A stretch of DNA of 64,000 nucleotides from Planctomycetota bacterium (GTDB lineage Bacteria; Planctomycetota; B15-G4; JADJEK01). The DNA lies in NCBI GenBank assembly GCA_044225365.1, contig JBGAIQ010000018.1, positions 32,001 to 96,000 of the forward strand. Direction: 5' to 3'. Below the pieces are notes generated by a model. The model had not been told where the DNA came from. It made no database searches and saw nothing but the letters and a program-made list of their open reading frames with translations. The translations under genes were made by a program, and so were the position numbers. Shown piece by piece: positions 9,792-18,842 of this stretch. Within the stretch, counting starts at the first letter, position 1, and each line of letters starts with the position of its first letter.

Positions 9792-10585
9792 GTGCAATGG
9801 CGACCGACCCACGTCTCGGCAGCGGAGACGGTCACGCGTCCGCGACCCAGCTCGATCTTCCCCTCCTCGCGGTGAAGGGTCTCGTCAAGATCTACGGCAC
9901 TCGCACCGTCGTCGATGGCGTTTCGTTCCACGTCTATCCCGCCGAGATCGTCGGCCTGCTCGGTCCGAACGGCGCGGGCAAGACGACTTCGTTCCACATG
10001 ACCGTCGGATTGATCTCGCCCGCGAAGGGTGCGGTCGAATTCGAGGGCAAGGACATCACGAACCAACCGATGTACAAGCGGGCACGCATGGGCATCGGCT
10101 ACCTGTCGCAGGAGAGGTCCACGTTCCGCCAGCTCACGGTCGAGGAGAACATCGTCGCCGTGCTCGAGGTCCGCGGGTACAGCAAGCCGCGTCGCCAGGA
10201 GATCGCCCAGGCGCTTCTCGAGGAGCTCGGGATCGCGTTCCTCGCCAAGAATCGAGCCGACACCCTCTCGGGCGGCGAGAGTCGCCGTCTCGAACTCGCT
10301 CGGACGCTGGCGACCGACCCTCGCCTGATCCTTCTCGATGAGCCGTTCTCGGGCGTCGACCCCAAGGCGAAGGAGGAGATCTCCGAGATCCTCGTCTCGC
10401 TGAAGAAACGCGGGATCGGAATCCTGCTCACCGACCACGACGTTCATTCGACTCTTGCGACTACGGATCGCTCGTACATCATCAGTGGCGGTAAGATCCT
10501 CCGCGAGGGTCTCCCCCGAGACCTGGCCAACGATCCCGAAGTTCGGCGCGTCTATCTCGGACAGAAGTTCCGCTACACGGAATGA
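9788..10585 (+). CDS. lptB: LPS export ABC transporter ATP-binding protein
   Basis: GPNGAGKTT, PMYKRARMGIGYLSQE, LSGGESRR, DEPFSGVDP, ILLTDH and VRRVYLG. ATGA overlap with lepB. Confidence 0.92.
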   Translation: MSAMATDPRLGSGDGHASATQLDLPLLAVKGLVKIYGTRTVVDGVSFHVYPAEIVGLLGPNGAGKTTSFHMTVGLISPAKGAVEFEGKDITNQPMYKRARMGIGYLSQERSTFRQLTVEENIVAVLEVRGYSKPRRQEIAQALLEELGIAFLAKNRADTLSGGESRRLELARTLATDPRLILLDEPFSGVDPKAKEEISEILVSLKKRGIGILLTDHDVHSTLATTDRSYIISGGKILREGLPRDLANDPEVRRVYLGQKFRYTE

Positions 10586-10820
10586 GGCCGCGGAACGGTC
10601 CTGCGAGTATTGCGCACCGGAAGGGGAGAGAGTTCTCCCCATCGACGACCCAGGCCTCGTGTTTCAGACGTTCGACATCGCAGAGTCCTCGCTTCCGCCT
10701 TCGACCAGGGTTCGGCGGATCGTTTCGATTTTGCGAGGCATGTCGACCGGAAGCCTGCCGATTCTCCACCGGATGAGGAGTTTTGGGGGTGGAGACCGAC
10801 AGAGCCCAACGAGATAGGAG

Positions 10821-11882
10821 ATGCGCACCTTGGAGCCGACAGCCGATCGAATCCTGATCGTCGACGATGAAGTAGGTATTCGCAGTGCGCTCGCGAAGTA
10901 TCTGCGCGAGCGTGGCTACCCGCACGTCGACGAAGCCGAGAACGGAGATCAAGCCCTCGAGCTGCTGCGGCGCAACCGATACTTCTTCATGATCACCGAC
11001 ATCTCGATGCCGACTTTGACCGGTCTCGAGCTCCTCGCGATCGCCCGCCGCGAGCATCCCGAGACCGATATCGCGGTGATCACGGGACATCAGGAAGTCG
11101 ACTTCGCGATCCAGGCCCTCAAGAACGGCGCATTCGACTACTTCCGCAAACCATTCCGCTACGACGAGGTCGTTCAGACGATCGAGCGAGTGCGCCACGA
11201 GCAATTCCTCGAGCGACGTTCGCTCGAACTCGAACGGCTGCAAGAGCGTTCGCGCGCCGATGAGCGCCATCTCCAGGAACTGATGCTGGCCCTTGCCAAC
11301 ATCATCGACCTGAAGAGCCCCTACACTCGTGAACACAGCGATCGAGTGTCTCGCATCGCGGTCCTGCTCGGACGGCGACTCGGGCTTACGAAGCAGGAGC
11401 TCGATCACATCGCACTCGGCGCCAGTCTTCACGACATCGGCAAACTCGGCTGCCCCGATTGCATCCTCAACAAGCCTGGCGCACTGACTCGCGAGGAGTA
11501 CGAGATCATCCAGCAGCATCCGAGCCACGGCGCAGAACTGTGCAGCCACGTCTCGTCCCTGAAGCCGGTCCTGCCGATGATCCGGTGGCATCACGAGAAT
11601 CTCGATGGTTCGGGTTATCCCGACAAGCTCGTCGGCGACGCGATCCCACTCGGCGCGCGGATCGTGCGCATCGCCGACTATTGGGATGCGATCACCTCCC
11701 ATCGCTCCTACCGCAATCCCATGACCCCGGCCCAGGCCCGCTCGACGATCGAGACCGAGGCCGCGATGGGCCGGCTCGACTCCGTCCTCTGCTCCCACTT
11801 GTTCCACTGCCTGCACGACGGGGACCTGCAGCGCGTGAAAGCCGCCGACGGCCCACGCTTCGCCCACCAGACCGAGTACTGA
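10821..11882 (+). CDS. Response regulator with HD-GYP c-di-GMP phosphodiesterase domain
   Basis: REC domain (ILIVDDE, ITDISMP, KPF). HD-GYP motifs HSDRV, LHDIGK, HHENLDGSGYP and RSYR. AGGAG RBS. Confidence 0.93.
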   Translation: MRTLEPTADRILIVDDEVGIRSALAKYLRERGYPHVDEAENGDQALELLRRNRYFFMITDISMPTLTGLELLAIARREHPETDIAVITGHQEVDFAIQALKNGAFDYFRKPFRYDEVVQTIERVRHEQFLERRSLELERLQERSRADERHLQELMLALANIIDLKSPYTREHSDRVSRIAVLLGRRLGLTKQELDHIALGASLHDIGKLGCPDCILNKPGALTREEYEIIQQHPSHGAELCSHVSSLKPVLPMIRWHHENLDGSGYPDKLVGDAIPLGARIVRIADYWDAITSHRSYRNPMTPAQARSTIETEAAMGRLDSVLCSHLFHCLHDGDLQRVKAADGPRFAHQTEY

Positions 11883-12039
11883 CCCAGCGCTGCGTCATTC
11901 CGCCGCCCTTGTCGTTCCGCGGGATCGCCCATAGACTTTCACGTTTGTTCTCGAGTCATCGAGCGCGAGCGGTCGGAACCCAGCGGGGGATCGATCGACG
12001 CACTCCCACGATGCGGCGGAGCACCGCGGCAGGAGCGAC

Positions 12040-12792
12040 ATGAACTTCATCGCCTGCGTGAAACGCGTTCCGGCGACCGACACGCAAGTGCGGGTCGGCA
12101 AGGACGGTCGATCGATCGATCCCGCATGCGCCGCGAATTACGTGGTCAATCCGTACGACGAGTTCGCCGTCGAGGAGTGCCTTCGACAGAAGGAAAAACA
12201 CGGCGGAACCGTGACGGTCGTCTCGCTCGGCGCACCCGAAGCGAAGAAGGAATTGACCGGCTGCCTCGCCGTGGGCGCGGACGACGCCGTGCTGATCAAG
12301 GATGCGGCGATCCAGCGCGACGCACTGTCGACCGGCAAACTCCTCGCCGCGCAGCTGAAGACGATGCCGTTCGACGTCGTCTTCTTCGGCAAGCAAGCGG
12401 TCGACCACGACAACGCGCAGGTCGGTCTCGTCGTCGGAACCCTCCTCGATCTGCCCACGCTCTCGGAGGTCGTCAAGGTCGAGATTGCGGACGGCAAGGC
12501 CACGGTGCACCGCGAATTCGAGGGCAAGACCGAGATCTGGGAGGTCTCCCTGCCCTGCGTCCTCACCGCGCAGAAGGGCCTCAACGAGCCGCGCTATGCT
12601 TCGATGAAAGGCATCATGGCGGCAAAGAAGAAGGTCATCAAAGAGGTCGATGTCGCGAGCGACGCCGGCCAACTCGAAGTCCTCGCCATGGAACCGCCGC
12701 CGCCGCGTCCCGCGGGCCGGATCGTGGGCGAGGGTGTTGCCGCAGTTCCCGAACTCGTTCGACTCCTGCGCGAAGAAGCCAAGGCGCTTTGA
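12040..12792 (+). CDS. etfB: Electron transfer flavoprotein beta subunit
   Basis: CVKRVP, NPYDEFAVEE, GKQAVD and NEPRY motifs. AGGAG RBS. Confidence 0.95.
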   Translation: MNFIACVKRVPATDTQVRVGKDGRSIDPACAANYVVNPYDEFAVEECLRQKEKHGGTVTVVSLGAPEAKKELTGCLAVGADDAVLIKDAAIQRDALSTGKLLAAQLKTMPFDVVFFGKQAVDHDNAQVGLVVGTLLDLPTLSEVVKVEIADGKATVHREFEGKTEIWEVSLPCVLTAQKGLNEPRYASMKGIMAAKKKVIKEVDVASDAGQLEVLAMEPPPPRPAGRIVGEGVAAVPELVRLLREEAKAL

Positions 12793-12829
12793 GCGCTCCG
12801 CGGCGACGGAATAGATCAAGAGAGACCCT

Positions 12830-13798
12830 ATGACGACCGAGATCCTCGCATTCGCAGAAGTGCGCGACGGCAAGTTCAAGAAGTCCGCGCTCGAAGTGAC
12901 GACGGCTGCGCGTGGCCTTGCCTCAGGACTGTCCGCCAAGGTCGTCGCGCTCGCGCTCGCCGAAGGTGCAGTCGCGGATGCCGGCTCTCTCGGCAAGTAC
13001 GGGGCGGGCGAAGTGCTCGTCGGCAAGCCGTCCTCGCTCGCGCCGGACGCGATCGCGCGCGCGATCGCCGAAGTCGTCAAGGCACGCGGGTCGAACGTGG
13101 TGCTGTTGCCGCACTCTGCGCTCGGCAAGGACGTCGCCCCCCGACTCGCCGCGCTCCTCGACTGCGCGCAGGTCTCCGATTGCGTCGAACTGAAGGTCGA
13201 GAACGGCGGAATCGTCGCAAAACGCCCGGTGTACGCCGGCAAGGCTCGCTTCACGCTCAAGTCCACCGCAACGCGATTCGTGGCGACACTTCGTCCCAAT
13301 GTCTTCACACCGACGACGGCGGGCGACAAAGACGCAACCGTGAGTTCGATTGCGGTGACCGCGACCTCCAAACTCGTGTTGAAGCAGGTCGACGAACCGC
13401 AGGGCGCGAAGAAACTCGAACTCACCGAAGCCGACATCGTCGTCTCCGGCGGTCGCGGACTGAAAGGGCCCGAGAACTTCCCTCTCCTCGAGAAACTCGC
13501 CGAGACCCTGGGCGCCGCGGTGGGCGCGTCGCGCGCCGTCGTCGACGCGGGGTGGCGCCCGCACGGCGATCAGGTCGGCCAGACCGGCAAGACCGTGTCG
13601 CCGAGCCTCTACTTCGCGATCGGCGTCTCCGGCGCGATCCAGCACCTCGCGGGCATGTCGAGTTCGCGCGTGATCGTGGCGATCAACAAGGACAAGGAAG
13701 CCCCGATCTACAAGGTCGCGAACTACGGCGTCGTCGGCGACCTCTTCGAGATCGTTCCCGCGCTCACCGAGGCGATCGCCAAGGCGAAGGCGCACTGA
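12830..13798 (+). CDS. etfA: Electron transfer flavoprotein alpha subunit
   Basis: [39 protein letters not shown] and INKD motifs. Confidence 0.96.
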   Translation: MTTEILAFAEVRDGKFKKSALEVTTAARGLASGLSAKVVALALAEGAVADAGSLGKYGAGEVLVGKPSSLAPDAIARAIAEVVKARGSNVVLLPHSALGKDVAPRLAALLDCAQVSDCVELKVENGGIVAKRPVYAGKARFTLKSTATRFVATLRPNVFTPTTAGDKDATVSSIAVTATSKLVLKQVDEPQGAKKLELTEADIVVSGGRGLKGPENFPLLEKLAETLGAAVGASRAVVDAGWRPHGDQVGQTGKTVSPSLYFAIGVSGAIQHLAGMSSSRVIVAINKDKEAPIYKVANYGVVGDLFEIVPALTEAIAKAKAH

Positions 13799-13825
13799 CG
13801 TTTCGGAAGCTCGCGGCCTCGCTCC

Positions 13826-15400
13826 TCAGTGGCGGAAATGCCGTGTGCCGGTGAACACCATCGCGAGGCCGTGCTGATCCGCAGCGGCGATCACTTCGTC
13901 GTCGCGGCGACTGCCGCCCGGCTGCACGACGGCGCGCACGCCGGCCTTCGCGGCCTCGTCGATGCCGTCGCGGAACGGGAAGAAAGCATCCGACGCGAGG
14001 ACGGCGCCCCTCGCGCGTGAGCCGGCCTTCGTAACGGCGATTCGTACCGAGTCGACGCGGCTCATCTGACCCGCTCCGACGCCGACGAGCGACTCGTCCT
14101 TCGCGAGCACGATGGCGTTCGATTTGACGTGCTTGCACGCGATCCAGGCGAAACGCAGATCGCGCGAATCCTCTTCGGTGAGGCTCGTTCGCGTTCGCGG
14201 TTCGAAGGGTTCCGACCGGCCGAGTTCGTCGCGCGACTGCACGAGCAGACCGCCGCGGACCTTGCGCATGTCGAGATCCAAGGAATCGCTGGTGCCCACG
14301 CCACACGCGAGCAGCCGCACGTTCGCGCCCCACTTCTGCCGTCGTGTCAGGATCTCGAGCGCCTCCTCGTCGAACTCGGGAGCAATGATGCACTCGAAGA
14401 AGCTGTTCGGCCGCGCGACAATATCCGCGAGCGATCCATTCACCTTGCGATTGAACGCGAGGATTCCGCCGAACGCCGAAACCGGATCCCCCGCGAGTGC
14501 TTTCTCGAACGCCACGAGGATGTCGTCGGCCACGCCGGCGCCGCACGGGTTCGTGTGCTTGACGACGACCGCCGCGGGTCGCTCGAACTCTCTTGCGAGC
14601 GCGAGCGCCGCGTCGGAGTCGAGGATGTTGTTGTAGGACAGTTCCTTCCCGTGGAGGATCCGCGCGGTCGCGATCGACGGCTCGTGCGCGCCGGGAAGCC
14701 GACAGAACACTGCTTTCTGATGCGGATTCTCGCCGTATCGCAATGGGAGGACGTCGGTGACTCCGAGCCAGGTCGGAAGACTCAACGACCCCGACGGAGC
14801 GCCTCCGAACTCCTCGCGCGACGCCAGGAATCGCGCGATCGCGAGGTCGTACGCCGCGGTGCGCTCGAATACCTTGAGCGCGAGCTTCCTCAGCGTCGAC
14901 GCCGAGAGGCCGAGGTCGCTCCCGAGCAACTCTTCGAGCACGCACGGGTAATCGTCGGGGTCGACGACGACGGCGACGTGCTCATGGTTCTTCGCGGCCG
15001 AGCGCAACATCGAAGGCCCGCCGATGTCGATGTTCTCGATCGCCTTCTCGAGGGCCACCGTGGGGTCGGACACGACGCTCTCGAACGGGTAGAGATTGAC
15101 GCACACGAGATCGATTGGATCGAGCCCATGCTCCTTCATCTGCATTCGATGCGACTCGACGTCGCGACGCGCGAGCAGGCCGCCGTGGATCCTGGGATGT
15201 AGCGTCTTCACCCGCCCGTCGAGGATCTCGGGGAAACCGGTGAAGTCCGAGACGTCCTTCACGTCGATTCCGGCGTCGCGCAGCGTCTTCGCGGTGTTAC
15301 CGGTCGACAGGATCTCGACCCCACGCTTCGCGAGTTCGCGTGCGAAGTCCGCCGCGCCTCGTTTGTCGGTCAGGGAGAACAACGCGCGTCGAATCTTCAT
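13826..15400 (-). CDS. purH: Bifunctional AICAR formyltransferase/IMP cyclohydrolase
   Basis: [41 protein letters not shown] and TGTRHFRH. Start placed at MKIRRALFS. Confidence 0.97.
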   Translation of the reverse strand: MKIRRALFSLTDKRGAADFARELAKRGVEILSTGNTAKTLRDAGIDVKDVSDFTGFPEILDGRVKTLHPRIHGGLLARRDVESHRMQMKEHGLDPIDLVCVNLYPFESVVSDPTVALEKAIENIDIGGPSMLRSAAKNHEHVAVVVDPDDYPCVLEELLGSDLGLSASTLRKLALKVFERTAAYDLAIARFLASREEFGGAPSGSLSLPTWLGVTDVLPLRYGENPHQKAVFCRLPGAHEPSIATARILHGKELSYNNILDSDAALALAREFERPAAVVVKHTNPCGAGVADDILVAFEKALAGDPVSAFGGILAFNRKVNGSLADIVARPNSFFECIIAPEFDEEALEILTRRQKWGANVRLLACGVGTSDSLDLDMRKVRGGLLVQSRDELGRSEPFEPRTRTSLTEEDSRDLRFAWIACKHVKSNAIVLAKDESLVGVGAGQMSRVDSVRIAVTKAGSRARGAVLASDAFFPFRDGIDEAAKAGVRAVVQPGGSRRDDEVIAAADQHGLAMVFTGTRHFRH

Positions 15401-15401
15401 G

Positions 15402-16518
15402 TCATTTGCCCTTTCCGCCGCTCTCGGTGCCGCCGCGAGCCATTCGCAGGTATCCGAAGATGAAGTCGTCGAGGTCGCCGTTGAGGACGGCGTCGGCATT
15501 ACCCTTCTCGACTCCGGTGCGAGCATCCTTCACGAGCTTGTAGGGCTGCAGCACGTAGTTGCGGATTTGCCGTCCCCAACCGATCTCGGTCTTGTCGCCC
15601 TGGATGCCCTTCACCTTGGCCTCGCGCTCCGCCTCGGCTCGAGCATAGAGTTTGGCCGCGAGCATCTTCATCGCGGTGGCGCGATTCTTGTGCTGGCTCC
15701 GTTCGGCCTGGCAGGCGACGACGATTCCGGTCGGCAAGTGCGTGAGGCGGATCGCGGAGTCGGTCTTGTTGACGTGCTGGCCGCCGGCGCCGCCCGCACG
15801 ATAGGTATCGACGCGGAGATCCTCGGAGCGGATCGACACCTCGATCTCCTCGTCGAACTCTGGAATCACGTCGACCGAAGCGAACGAGGTCTGGCGTCGC
15901 GCTTGCGCGTCGAACGGGGAAATCCGAACGAGGCGATGAACGCCGGCTTCGGCCTTCAGGTAACCGTACGCGAACTGTCCCTTCACCAGAAGGGTGGCCG
16001 ATTTGATCCCGGCCTCGTCGTTCTTCTGCTCGTCGATCATCTCGAGCTGGAAACCGGACCGCTCGCACCACCGCACGTACATGCGAAGCAGCATCTCGGC
16101 CCAGTCACAGGACTCGGTGCCACCGGCGCCCGCTTGCAGCGAGAGATAGGCGTTGCGGTAGTCGTGCTCCCCCGAAAGCATCAGGTTGAGCTCGAGCTTG
16201 TCGAGCGTCTGTTGTGCGACTTCGATGAGCTGGCGAGCTTCGTCGGCGGCCGCGGAGTCCTCGGACGCCAACTCGACCATGACTTCCGCATCCTCGAAGC
16301 GCTTCTCGAGGTTCTCGACCGGATCGAGGATCGCACGTAGCTTCTTCAGCGCATCGACGGTCTTCGCAGCCTGCTCCTGGTTGTTCCAGAAGTCGCTTGC
16401 ACCCATCGTGTTCTCGAGACGCGTCCGCTCGGCCCGCAGTGCGGGAAGGTCAAAGACTCTCCTTGAGCTGGCCGACGCGGGTGCGAAGTTCGTGAAGACG
16501 ATCCTGGAGTTCAGTCAT
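15402..16518 (-). CDS. prfB: Peptide chain release factor 2, translated through a programmed +1 frameshift (about 371 aa)
   Basis: The first segment 16518-16453 encodes MTELQDRLHELRTRVGQLKESL and is followed by TGA. The +1 frame continues (D-L-P-A-L-R...) into an ORF with the SPF and GGQ motifs. Confidence 0.96.
16449..16463 (-). promoter_or_regulatory. prfB autoregulatory frameshift signal
   Basis: Minus strand reads AGGAG-AGT-CTT-TGA-C: an internal SD-like element, a 3-nt spacer and the CTTTGAC slippery site. Confidence 0.95.
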
Positions 16519-16607
16519 GAAGCGGCTCCGTGCTGGGGAACCACGGAGTCTATCAGCTGGGCGCGACGGACAACGCCGAACGAGACCGATTTCGAATCAC
16601 GCGAAGA

Positions 16608-17177
16608 TCACGACGGAATCGCAGCCGCCGCGGATTGGATTCCCGCGACGATCGACTCCACGGTGGCGAGCCCACCCACACCCTCTTCCCCGCACGCAAG
16701 TCGCTTGCTTACCGGCTCGACGATGCTGAAACGGTTCCCACCCACTTCGCGGATGCGGGTGAGATTCGACCGAACGAACGGGTTCTCCCACATCTGGGTA
16801 TTCATGGCGGGCGCAAGGACGACGGGCTTGCCGGCCTCGAGAGCGAGGAGCAAGGAGCAAAGCGAGTCGGGAGCGAGGCCGTGAGCGAGGCGTCCGAGGA
16901 AATCGGCCGTCGCCGGCACGATCGCGACGAGATCCGCCCACCGCGCCCAAGCGATGTGGGGAATCGAGGGATCGGGAACGCCGTCGCTCGTGAGTTCTTC
17001 GACGAGGACGGAATGCCCCGATAGCGAAGCAAACGTGAGGGGCGTCACGAATCTCGTCGCGGCGGAAGTCATCGCGTAGCGAATCTCGAATCCGAGTGCG
17101 CGCAACGGCGAGGCGAGATCGCAGGCCTTGTAGGCCGCGATTCCACCGGTGACGCCGATCACGATCTTGTGAGGCAT
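16608..17177 (-). CDS. coaC: Phosphopantothenoylcysteine decarboxylase (stand-alone CoaC flavoprotein)
   Basis: GVTGGIAAYKA, HIAWARWAD, PATAD, PAMNTQMW and LACGEEGVG motifs. Confidence 0.9.
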   Translation of the reverse strand: MPHKIVIGVTGGIAAYKACDLASPLRALGFEIRYAMTSAATRFVTPLTFASLSGHSVLVEELTSDGVPDPSIPHIAWARWADLVAIVPATADFLGRLAHGLAPDSLCSLLLALEAGKPVVLAPAMNTQMWENPFVRSNLTRIREVGGNRFSIVEPVSKRLACGEEGVGGLATVESIVAGIQSAAAAIPS

Positions 17178-17190
17178 GCTCTCTATCCCA

Positions 17191-17853
17191 TCACCCTTTC
17201 GCGACGAATGAAGAGGCCGCGAGTCGCTCCGCTTCGGCGACGAGGCCCGACCCGATCGCTCCGCGAGAGCCGAGGATCGTCGAGGATCCGTCACGGCGCA
17301 GCAGGTCGGCGCGATGTTCGTCGATGCCCACCTCTTCGAGCAGATTGGCGACGATGCCCTCGGCGCCGGCGCGCTCCATCGTGCGACGCGCGCGCGCGTG
17401 GAGTTCCTCGCGCGAGATGCCCGACTCCAGTTTGAACAGGATCAGAGGGAGATCGGGCCGCATGCTCTTCACGCGATCGGCGATCTTCGGCGTCGGCCGC
17501 ATCTCGATCACGAGTTCGGGGCGATCCGACTTGATCTTGCCATCGACCTTCACGGGCGCGTAGTCAGCGACCGCCGCCGCGTGGATCATCACGTCCGGTG
17601 CGCGCGCGGGATCGGTGACGAGTCGCTCGAGCAGTTCGAGGAGCGACGCCGCACTTCCGAATTCGAATGCGCATACCTTTTCGCTCGCGGCGGGAACGAG
17701 AGACGACGCTCCGTGGAGGAACAAGACCTCGTGACCCGCGTGGCAGAACGCCTGAGCGACCGACACGCCGAGTCGGCCCGTGGAGACGTTCGACACGAAT
17801 CGAACGTCGTCGATCGGTTCACGCGTGGGACCGGAAGTGATGAGTACGCGCAT
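17191..17853 (-). CDS. coaB: Phosphopantothenate--cysteine ligase (stand-alone CoaB)
   Basis: ITSGPTREPIDDVRFVSNVSTG, HAAAVADY, KIKS and FKLE motifs. GAGG RBS before MRVLIT. Confidence 0.88.
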   Translation of the reverse strand: MRVLITSGPTREPIDDVRFVSNVSTGRLGVSVAQAFCHAGHEVLFLHGASSLVPAASEKVCAFEFGSAASLLELLERLVTDPARAPDVMIHAAAVADYAPVKVDGKIKSDRPELVIEMRPTPKIADRVKSMRPDLPLILFKLESGISREELHARARRTMERAGAEGIVANLLEEVGIDEHRADLLRRDGSSTILGSRGAIGSGLVAEAERLAASSFVAKG

Positions 17854-17932
17854 GGCCTCTTCTCCGTCGCCGGGATGGTCGAAGGACGATTGCCCTTCGG
17901 TTCGTCCTTCGATGCGGGAGGCCCGGCTGGAG

Positions 17933-18709
17933 TTACCGCTTCTTCGGCGGCATGTACGTGCTGGGCGCGTAGTCGGCGTGAATGTTGTCGAGGCCGATCT
18001 CACCCGGCGTGCCCGCATTCTTCTGGAGCGCGAATCCGACGATCGGCTTGTTCGCAGAATTCGCGATCGTGCCAACGATGTGGACGTGGAAGGCGTCGAG
18101 TGGATCGATCGCTTCGCGTTCGATCACGTCGACGACGTACTGCCAATCGGCACTCGAGTCGGCACGAGAGTAGGTCGCCGTGAATCGCAGGTCGACGTTT
18201 TGCGGCACGACTTGACCCGTGTCCGTGCCGCCGACCCAGAGGATTCCGCCGTCGTCCGGACCAGTTGCGGGAACCATGTCCGACTGCGGAAGATCGATGA
18301 CGATTCCAATCTCGAACGGAAGGTTCGACGCGCCGAGCGTGAAATCGGTGCCCGCGGTGACGATGCCCGTCGTGATCAACGAGTCGGACTTGAATTGACA
18401 AGCGACCGCCGTCGGCGAACCGCCGGCGTTGAACGAATCGTCGATGACGAGCTTGTTGCCCTTCGTTCCATCGCTCTTGATCTTGACCGCATTTTGATCC
18501 GCGACGAAGACGTAGATCGAACCGACCGATGGGGTGAGCTTGCTGGTCGACGAGTCGAAATTCGCGTCGAAGATCGTCTGGGACACCGGCTTGGCGCCAG
18601 CAGCGATGGCGCCGTCGAGACCGCCCGTTGCGTACAAGGCCGTCGCCAGGGAGACGAGCGCGAGGCCACCAGAAACACGCAGGGCTCGTTGCGGGAGGGA
18701 CATGCGCAT
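17933..18709 (-). CDS. Secreted beta-rich hypothetical protein
   Basis: AAGGAG RBS before ATG 18709, N-terminal hydrophobic signal, host-like codon usage, alternating beta-strand pattern. Confidence 0.7.
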   Translation of the reverse strand: MRMSLPQRALRVSGGLALVSLATALYATGGLDGAIAAGAKPVSQTIFDANFDSSTSKLTPSVGSIYVFVADQNAVKIKSDGTKGNKLVIDDSFNAGGSPTAVACQFKSDSLITTGIVTAGTDFTLGASNLPFEIGIVIDLPQSDMVPATGPDDGGILWVGGTDTGQVVPQNVDLRFTATYSRADSSADWQYVVDVIEREAIDPLDAFHVHIVGTIANSANKPIVGFALQKNAGTPGEIGLDNIHADYAPSTYMPPKKR

Positions 18710-18842
18710 CAGCTCCTTCAAAGGACCAAAAGCGTTCGCGCCTTTCGACACGTTCTGGCCCTCGACTTGAGCAATGTAACACATGCTTCTTTACCCTGCG
18801 GCAGCATAATCCAGGCTCGATCCACCATCGCCCGGCCACCGC

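Noticed and set aside
10600-10820. c-di-GMP riboswitch upstream of the HD-GYP regulator
   Set aside because: Hairpins exist (10623-10640 and 10763-10795), but I cannot find the conserved class I or class II riboswitch elements. An Rfam scan would settle it.
16407-16518. prfB as a truncated gene or pseudogene
   Set aside because: The break is the canonical CTT-TGA-C programmed frameshift with an upstream SD-like element.
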